NCBI GenBank assembly: GCA_963663235.2
Contig: CAXXNO010000004.1
Span: 256,001 to 320,000 of the forward strand
Length of the DNA: 64,000 bases
Source of the DNA: Dehalococcoidia bacterium
Lineage (GTDB): Bacteria > Chloroflexota > Dehalococcoidia > Bin125
Direction of reading: 5' to 3'
The notes under the pieces were generated by a model. The model was not told where the DNA came from, searched no databases, and saw nothing but the letters and a program-made list of their open reading frames with translations. The translations under genes and the position numbers were made by a program. This document shows, piece after piece, positions 58,195 to 64,000 of this stretch; within the stretch, counting starts at the first letter, position 1; every line of letters begins with the position of its first letter.

Positions 58195-59120
58195 TCACGG
58201 AGCCGGCTCGGCGAGGCCGAAGGCCTCCAGATAGAGCCGACGGGCGTCGAACGGATCGAGGCCGTCGCCCAGGAACGCGTCACCCACGCGGATCTCGAAG
58301 TGCAGGTGGTACTCCGAGCCCGGATCCGACACGCTCGCCGGCGTACCGGACTCGCCGATGAAGGCGACGATCTGCCCGACGTCGACCGGCTGCCCCACCT
58401 CGATCCCCTCGCAGCGATCGCGCTGAGATGCGCGAAGCGAGTCATCACCCCGCCGCCGTGGTCGATCCAGACCTGCCGGCCGCGAAAGAGATCCAGCCAC
58501 TCCGCACCCTGAAAGCCGGCGGCCTCCGCCGCGGCGAATTGGTCGGCGGTGAGGTTTTGATAGCCATAGTCGGCGCGGACCACGACGCCTCCCTTGGCGG
58601 CGAGCACGGCCGTACCGAACGAGGCCGGTGCGCAACTGGCCCACTCGTAGAAGTCGAGCCCTTCGTGCGTGCCGTTGCGGTAGGCGCGTTCGGCGCCCGG
58701 GAGGTGTCCCTCGAACTCGGAGATGCAGACGTCCACCAGCGGGAGGGCGAAGCCGGTCAGCACCGGCGCGACGGCGACCGGCTCGACAGCGATGGGCTCG
58801 ACAGGGGCGGGCTCGCTGGGGATGGGGGCCTCCGGCACGTCCGGCGACGGGCTCTGGGCGGCCGGCTCAGCCTCGGCCGCCGGTAGTGGCGGGTCCGTGC
58901 CGGGTAACTCGGGGGACGCCGCCGTTGTGGCCGGCGCGGGGGAGGGGGCGGCGCCCTCGGCGCCGTCGTCATCGCCGCCCCGGAGGCCGAAGGCTAGGCC
59001 GACCGCGAGCGCGAAGGTCGCGGCCGCCAGGCCGATCCAGAGGAGCGGGGAGCCGGGCAGCCACGTCACAGACGACGGCGGGGCCGCGATGGGGGGATCG
59101 ATCTTGGGCGGCTCCGGCAC
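58195..59120 (-). CDS. Membrane-anchored M23 peptidase with a 1-bp frameshift at ~58411 (error or pseudogene)
   Basis: TM helix, HEGLD, FAHL in one frame; GESG...HLHFEIR in the adjacent frame. Confidence 0.85.
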
Positions 59121-59232
59121 CCGCTGGCGGGCATCGGGCGTCCGGCCCTTCGAGGTTTCGGGCTTGGCGGGGATGTTGTCGTCGGGCGGAGGAATGCGTC
59201 AGTCCTTCCGCGGCTCTGTACGGCGGCCGCGG

Positions 59233-59979
59233 TCAGCGGGCCGCACGCAGGCTCCGGTGCAGCGTCTCCGCATGGGCCCGCGTCTCGACGACATCGGGCA
59301 GCGGCGCGAGCTTCCCGTCACCGTAGCGCCGCACGAGCGCTCGCTGAAGAACGCGGTCGGCGAGGCGCGGGTTCTTCGGCAAGAGGGCGCCGTGCAGATA
59401 GGTGCCGAAGGCGTTGCGGACCCGCGCGCCCTCGGTGCCGTCGCCACCGTTGTTGCCGAAGCCCGTCACCACTTCGGCGAGCGGCTCCACGCCCTCATTG
59501 AGGTAGGTGCGTCCGCCGTGATTCTCGAAACCGACGAGCGTCTCCCCGTCCCAGATCGCGACCACGTTTCCCACGCAGCGCTGAATCGCCGATCCGGGGT
59601 GGATCGAGACGGCGTCAAAGACCCCCGCACCCGGGATCACATCTCCGTCGCTATCGCGATAGGAGACGCCGAAGAGTTGATAGCCGCCACACACGGCCAG
59701 GATGACGCCGTCCGCGTCGCGATAGTCGCGGAGCGCCCCGGCCTTCGACTGGAGGTCGGCCGCGATCCGGCGCTGCTCGCGGTCCTGGCCGCCGCCGATG
59801 AACACGATGTCCGTGCGCTCCGGATCCCAGACGTCCCCGATGTGGATGGGGTCGACCTGCAGGTCGATGTCGCGGGCGGCGCAGCGCGCCCGCAAGGCCA
59901 TCACGTTGCCGCGATCGCCGTAGAGGTTCATCAACGACGGGTAGAGGTGGGCCAGCCGCAGCGAGCGCCCTGCCATCAT
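59233..59979 (-). CDS. gatD: GatD/CobQ-like glutamine amidotransferase
   Basis: LYGDRGN, GGGQD, AVCGGYQL, GFENHGG, TYLHG..LPKNP; adjacent to murT. Confidence 0.9.
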   Translation of the reverse strand: MMAGRSLRLAHLYPSLMNLYGDRGNVMALRARCAARDIDLQVDPIHIGDVWDPERTDIVFIGGGQDREQRRIAADLQSKAGALRDYRDADGVILAVCGGYQLFGVSYRDSDGDVIPGAGVFDAVSIHPGSAIQRCVGNVVAIWDGETLVGFENHGGRTYLNEGVEPLAEVVTGFGNNGGDGTEGARVRNAFGTYLHGALLPKNPRLADRVLQRALVRRYGDGKLAPLPDVVETRAHAETLHRSLRAAR

Positions 59980-61358
59980 GCCCCCTCCCAGATCGGCGGC
60001 ACGCCGGCGCGCCGCCCCAGCCGCTCGCGGACCTCCAACATCGCGGTGTAGGTGGGCAACACGGTCAGCTCCGCGTCCGGCGGCAGCGTCTGCAGGGCGC
60101 GCTGGAGGGCCGCCTCGATGTCGCGCTCGACGGGCGCGTCGGCGCCGGGAAAGCCCGCGTACTGAAGGCGCAGGGCCATATCGGCCGCGCGCGCGCCCCC
60201 CACCACCACCGACTGCACGTACGGGGTGAGCGCCTCCCAGTCCGTATCCCAGATCCAGGAGACGTCCGTGCCATCGGCGACGCGATCGTTGAGCAGCACG
60301 AGCAGGTGGTGTCGGGCCCCCGGCGTGTGCAGCGTGCGCAGCGCCTCGTTGAGGCCGGCCGGATTTTTGCCCAGCAAGAGCCACACCGGACGCCCCTCCA
60401 CGACCAGCCGCTCTTGCCGGCCGAAGGCCGCGCGCGTGTGATTGAGGGCCTCGGCGGCGACATCCAAGTCGACGCCCAGCACCCGCGCGGCGGCGGCGGC
60501 GGCAAGCGCGTTGTAGACGTTGTAGAGCCCGCGCAGCGGCAGCCGCACGCGCGCCGTGCGTCCCTCGGCGGAGAGGTCAAAGGCAACGCCGTCGGCGGCG
60601 TCGCGGTCGACGGCGGTGGCGCGGACCTGCGGCGTGGGGCGCTGCAGGCTGCCATCCGCGCAGCGCCAGTGTCCGATGTGGGCGTAGAAGACGCGATCGT
60701 AGACGAAGTCCGCGCCGGTGGTCGGGTTCCAGCGCGCCTCGGCCGCGTGGTCGCTGACGCTGGGGAGGGGGTCGTCGACGCCGAAGAGGACGACGCGGCC
60801 GCGCGCCTCATCGGCCAGTGTCGCCACGGAGGGGTCGTCGGCGTTCAAGGCCAGCGCCGTCGCGGCGGGCAGGTCCCGGATGGTCCGCAGCCACTGGTCG
60901 CGGACGGCATCCACCTCGCCGTAGCGGTCCAGCTGGTCGCGCAGCAGGTTACCGATCACGAGCACACTGGGACGAGTGGCGGCCGTGGCCGCCGGCAGCG
61001 TGGCCTCGTCCACCTCAAACACGCCGGTGGCGGCGGCGGGCAGGCGGCCGTCGGCGCGCGTCGCTTCGATGAGCGTCGAGGCCAGCCCGCGCATCAAGTT
61101 GGAGCCCGCCCGGTTGTGCACCACGCGCCGACCGTCGGCCGCCAGGATGCCGGCCAGCATCCGGGCCGTGGTGGTCTTGCCGTTCGTGCCGGTGATCAGC
61201 GCGCTGCGGTCGAGCTGCGCGCCCAGGCGGCGCACGATGGCCGGATCGATCTTCTCGGCGATCAGGCCGGGCAGCGCGGTGCCACCGTGCCCCCCGCGTC
61301 GCGTCGCCGCGCGTGTGAGCTTGCCTGCCAGCACCGCCACCTGTGTGCGCGTCTCCAT
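59976..61358 (-). CDS. murT: MurT-like Mur ligase (DUF1727)
   Basis: TGTNGKTTT, EVDEA, RDQLDRYGE, KNPAG, DGTDVSWIWD, TYTAM. Confidence 0.92.
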   Translation of the reverse strand: METRTQVAVLAGKLTRAATRRGGHGGTALPGLIAEKIDPAIVRRLGAQLDRSALITGTNGKTTTARMLAGILAADGRRVVHNRAGSNLMRGLASTLIEATRADGRLPAAATGVFEVDEATLPAATAATRPSVLVIGNLLRDQLDRYGEVDAVRDQWLRTIRDLPAATALALNADDPSVATLADEARGRVVLFGVDDPLPSVSDHAAEARWNPTTGADFVYDRVFYAHIGHWRCADGSLQRPTPQVRATAVDRDAADGVAFDLSAEGRTARVRLPLRGLYNVYNALAAAAAARVLGVDLDVAAEALNHTRAAFGRQERLVVEGRPVWLLLGKNPAGLNEALRTLHTPGARHHLLVLLNDRVADGTDVSWIWDTDWEALTPYVQSVVVGGARAADMALRLQYAGFPGADAPVERDIEAALQRALQTLPPDAELTVLPTYTAMLEVRERLGRRAGVPPIWEGA

Positions 61359-61364
61359 GCGGCG

Positions 61365-62522
61365 CTAACCAGCCGGGCGGGGCGCCCGCGGATTGCCGCG
61401 CAACGCCTGCGCCACCTGCTCCAGGCTCACGAGCCCGAGGAGGCGACCGTTCTCCACCACCGGCAACACGCCCACGCCTTCCTCCTGCAAGCGCACCAGA
61501 GCCTCGGCGCCGGAGGCGCTGGGCTCGATCGGCGAAGTGTTGTCGGCGGTGATCATGACATCCGCAACCGTCGCGTCGCGGAAACGATCGGGGGACAGGC
61601 GGCGGAGCATGTGGCCGGTGATGATGCCCACGACGACATCGTCGCGAACGGCGGTGTAGACGGCCGCGGGGTCGGCGGCGGCGGGGTCGGCGGCGATCCA
61701 GCGCAACTGCTTTCCGGCATCGAGGCTGCGGAGCTGCGTGGACATGAGTTCGCGCACCGTCAGGCCGCCGAGGTCGTGCTCCGCCTTCGCACCACGCAGC
61801 GTCTGGCTGGCGGCGTTGAAGAGGAAGCCGCCGATCAAGATCAGCCAGAGGCCGCGGAAGGCGCTCCTCTCCAGGCCGATCTCCTCCACGCCGACGAAGT
61901 TGAGCAGACCGAAGCCGGCCAGGGCCAAGGCGACGGCCTGGCCCAGCCGCGCCGCGCCGATGGTGGCGCGGAATCGGGATCGGGTGATGGCCCACAACGC
62001 GGATCGCACCACCCGGCCGCCGTCCAGGGGGTAGCCGGGGATCATGTTAAAGATCGCGAGGACGATGTTGATGAAGCCGAGCCACTCCAGCGCCACGTCC
62101 AGCGGGCCATTGCCCTCGCCCATCGCCCACCACACCCCGAGCAACGCCAGGCCGAGGACGGCGCTGGTCAACGGCCCAACGACGGCGATGAGAAACTCCT
62201 GGGACGCGCGCGTGGACTCCTGCGCGATCTGCGAGACGCCGCCCAAGATGAACAGCGTGATGCTGCGCACGGGGATGCCGTACAGACGCGCCACGATGCT
62301 ATGCGCCAACTCATGCAAGAGGATGGACGTGAAAAATAGGATCGCGGTGACGACCGACAGCGCCCAGGCCGTCACCTTGGAGGGCTCGGGGTCGATCACG
62401 TCGGGGAAGACCTGCGTCCCCAGAATCACCGTGAACAAGGCGAGGGAGATAAAGAACGAGAAGTCCAGGATGATGGGGATCCCGATAATTCGGGCAATGC
62501 GGACGCCGCCGATGGAACGCAC
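61365..62522 (-). CDS. Site-2 protease (M50) with a CBS pair
   Basis: HELAH, FNMIPGYPLDGG, C-terminal CBS domains. Confidence 0.93.
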   Translation of the reverse strand: MRSIGGVRIARIIGIPIILDFSFFISLALFTVILGTQVFPDVIDPEPSKVTAWALSVVTAILFFTSILLHELAHSIVARLYGIPVRSITLFILGGVSQIAQESTRASQEFLIAVVGPLTSAVLGLALLGVWWAMGEGNGPLDVALEWLGFINIVLAIFNMIPGYPLDGGRVVRSALWAITRSRFRATIGAARLGQAVALALAGFGLLNFVGVEEIGLERSAFRGLWLILIGGFLFNAASQTLRGAKAEHDLGGLTVRELMSTQLRSLDAGKQLRWIAADPAAADPAAVYTAVRDDVVVGIITGHMLRRLSPDRFRDATVADVMITADNTSPIEPSASGAEALVRLQEEGVGVLPVVENGRLLGLVSLEQVAQALRGNPRAPRPAG

Positions 62523-62565
62523 CGATGGACCGCCTTCCGTGCGTTTATTGTAGGTGGTGGAGGGA

Positions 62566-62850
62566 TCAGCCGCCGGGATGAGCCCCGGGGATCGGATCAG
62601 GCATGAGGTGCAGCCATTCGGGTTTGAGCTGCACGAGGAACTCGCGCCGGCGATCGATCCCCAAGCGATAGTACGCGTAGGCGGGCAGTTCCAGACGCAA
62701 GGGCGGGGCCTCCGGAGCGTCCAGCACTAGCAGGTCAAGCCGGACGCTGTCCCGCGCCGGCTCCCGGCGCAGCGCGCGGCCGGCGAGCACGTTGGCGGTG
62801 GCCAGGAGCAGAGCCAGCGCGAGCGGCGCGGCGACGACGAACGCGCGCAC
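62566..62850 (-). CDS. Small hypothetical protein with an N-terminal TM/signal
   Basis: Hydrophobic N-terminus; sits in the operon gap. Confidence 0.55.
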   Translation of the reverse strand: MRAFVVAAPLALALLLATANVLAGRALRREPARDSVRLDLLVLDAPEAPPLRLELPAYAYYRLGIDRRREFLVQLKPEWLHLMPDPIPGAHPGG

Positions 62851-62853
62851 GAA

Positions 62854-63612
62854 TCACGCTTCAGGGTTGAGCAGGCCGCGCGCGTCGAGGGCCGGGATCA
62901 GCGCATCGACGCCGCCGAGGCGCAGGTCCGGCTGCACCCCGTCGATCGCCGCCGGGCCGACGAGCGCGGTGAGGCCCAAGCCGAACGCCTGCGCGCCCAC
63001 GATGTCGGTTTCCGGGGTGTCGCCGACGAACGCCGTCAGTTCCGGCGGCACGCCCAGCGCCGCCACCGCAGCCGCGAACATGCGCGCATCGGGCTTCCAA
63101 GCGCGGACCTCATCCGAGAAGATCAGCGCATCGAAATACCCGGTAATGCCCAAGCGCTCCAGCGTGCGCACCAGGACCGGGCCGGGGCTCAGACCGGTAT
63201 TCGAGACCAGTGCCAGCGCCACTCCGCGACGGCGGAGGGCGTGCAGCGTCTCGTCGGCGCCGGGGAGGAGCTCCGGCGGCACCCGCTCCGTGCCCCCGAG
63301 GATGGCCTCCGCGATCGCCGCGCGGGCCGGAGGCTCAAGGTCGCGCTTGGGCCGCAACGAGGGATCGAGGTGCTCGTAGAAGAGCGCCAAGCGCTCGTCC
63401 GCGCCGAGATCATCGTTGCGCTGATGCACCGCGACGAGCGCATCGATTGTGTTCTGGATCGCGCCGGCGATCGCTTCCGGCGGCGCGGGCCGGCCGGCGG
63501 CCTCAAGCGCGCGCTCGACGGCGCGGGCGCGATCGGCGGCGCGCTCCTCGCCGCGGCCCGGGGGGTCGGCGACGAGGGTTTCCCAGAGGTCAAAGCAGAC
63601 GGCGCGCAGCAC
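62854..63612 (-). CDS. HAD family hydrolase
   Basis: FDLWETL, VSNT, KPD, VGDTPETDI. Confidence 0.9.
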   Translation of the reverse strand: MLRAVCFDLWETLVADPPGRGEERAADRARAVERALEAAGRPAPPEAIAGAIQNTIDALVAVHQRNDDLGADERLALFYEHLDPSLRPKRDLEPPARAAIAEAILGGTERVPPELLPGADETLHALRRRGVALALVSNTGLSPGPVLVRTLERLGITGYFDALIFSDEVRAWKPDARMFAAAVAALGVPPELTAFVGDTPETDIVGAQAFGLGLTALVGPAAIDGVQPDLRLGGVDALIPALDARGLLNPEA

Positions 63613-63728
63613 AGGCGATCACCGGAGGGACCATCGCAGCGGAGCCGTAGAACTTAGACAGCCCGTCGCTCACGACGGGCTGTGTTGTGACCGTGCGGCA
63701 GATCGGAGCCGAAAGGGCAGAGCGCGGG

Positions 63729-63962
63729 CTAGGCCTGCCCCTGTGTGGATTCGTCACTGGACGACGCTTGCACACTGGCCTGGCCAGCCTGTTCCGCGTC
63801 CTCCGCCTCTTGGTCGGTCGGCTTTTTCGCTTCCGAGCGGAACTCGCGCACGCTGGTACCCAGCGCCTTGCCCACTCCGGTCAGGCGGCCCGCGCCGAAT
63901 ACCAGAATGATCGCAACGATGATTAAGCCAATCTCCCAGGGACCCAATCCTACGAGGACCAT
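63729..63962 (-). CDS. tatA: Twin-arginine translocase TatA
   Basis: GLGPWEI...LVFGAGRL..VGKALG.SVREFR. Confidence 0.92.
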   Translation of the reverse strand: MVLVGLGPWEIGLIIVAIILVFGAGRLTGVGKALGTSVREFRSEAKKPTDQEAEDAEQAGQASVQASSSDESTQGQA

Positions 63963-64000
63963 ACGTCACTCCAACTCCCAGCCCAGTGATCCCGCGCTCT

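Noticed and set aside
58400-58420. Programmed frameshift in the M23 gene
   Set aside because: No slippery heptamer; a 1-bp deletion fits the other indels in the window.
1-64000. tRNA, rRNA, tRNA-Sec or intrinsic terminators
   Set aside because: No cloverleaf or rRNA-like sequence and no convincing hairpin plus U-tract seen in the short intergenic gaps.

Overview
This is a high-GC bacterial core-genome window, almost entirely on the minus strand. Gene content suggests Chloroflexota, probably Dehalococcoidia-like (inference from the S12 insertion, the rplI-dnaB-dnaD-dnaC layout and the split Rieske/cytochrome b complex). It holds the str/S10/spc ribosomal operons (rpsL to secY, no rpsN); a folE-GNAT-MshA-like GT-PIG-L-ccsA run; rpsF-ssb-rpsR-hom-coiled coil-thrC; glyA, comF and a MoaD-MoaE fusion; rplI-dnaB-dnaD-tandem DnaC; pur genes; a 7TM-HD phosphodiesterase; a Rieske/cyt b6/subunit IV/cyt c operon; a ubiquitin-like sulfur-relay cysteine cluster running into folP-folK; and an envelope cluster (murT-gatD, M23, resB, lgt, tatA). 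I found no rRNA, tRNA, CRISPR array or mobile element. The most unusual signals are ones the ORF track misses or mis-calls: a ~145-aa flagellar-hook-like insert in an extracytoplasmic loop of SecY; a probable UxxC selenoprotein glutaredoxin with a SECIS-like hairpin; a small single-TM ORF heading the Rieske/b operon; a pair of desulforedoxin-like microproteins; a Ubl-E1 fusion with a free JAMM protease; repeat-built disordered tails on several ribosomal proteins; and repeated loss of Zn-binding cysteines. Several 1-bp frameshifts look like sequencing indels. All family assignments come from motif recognition by eye; no searches were run.
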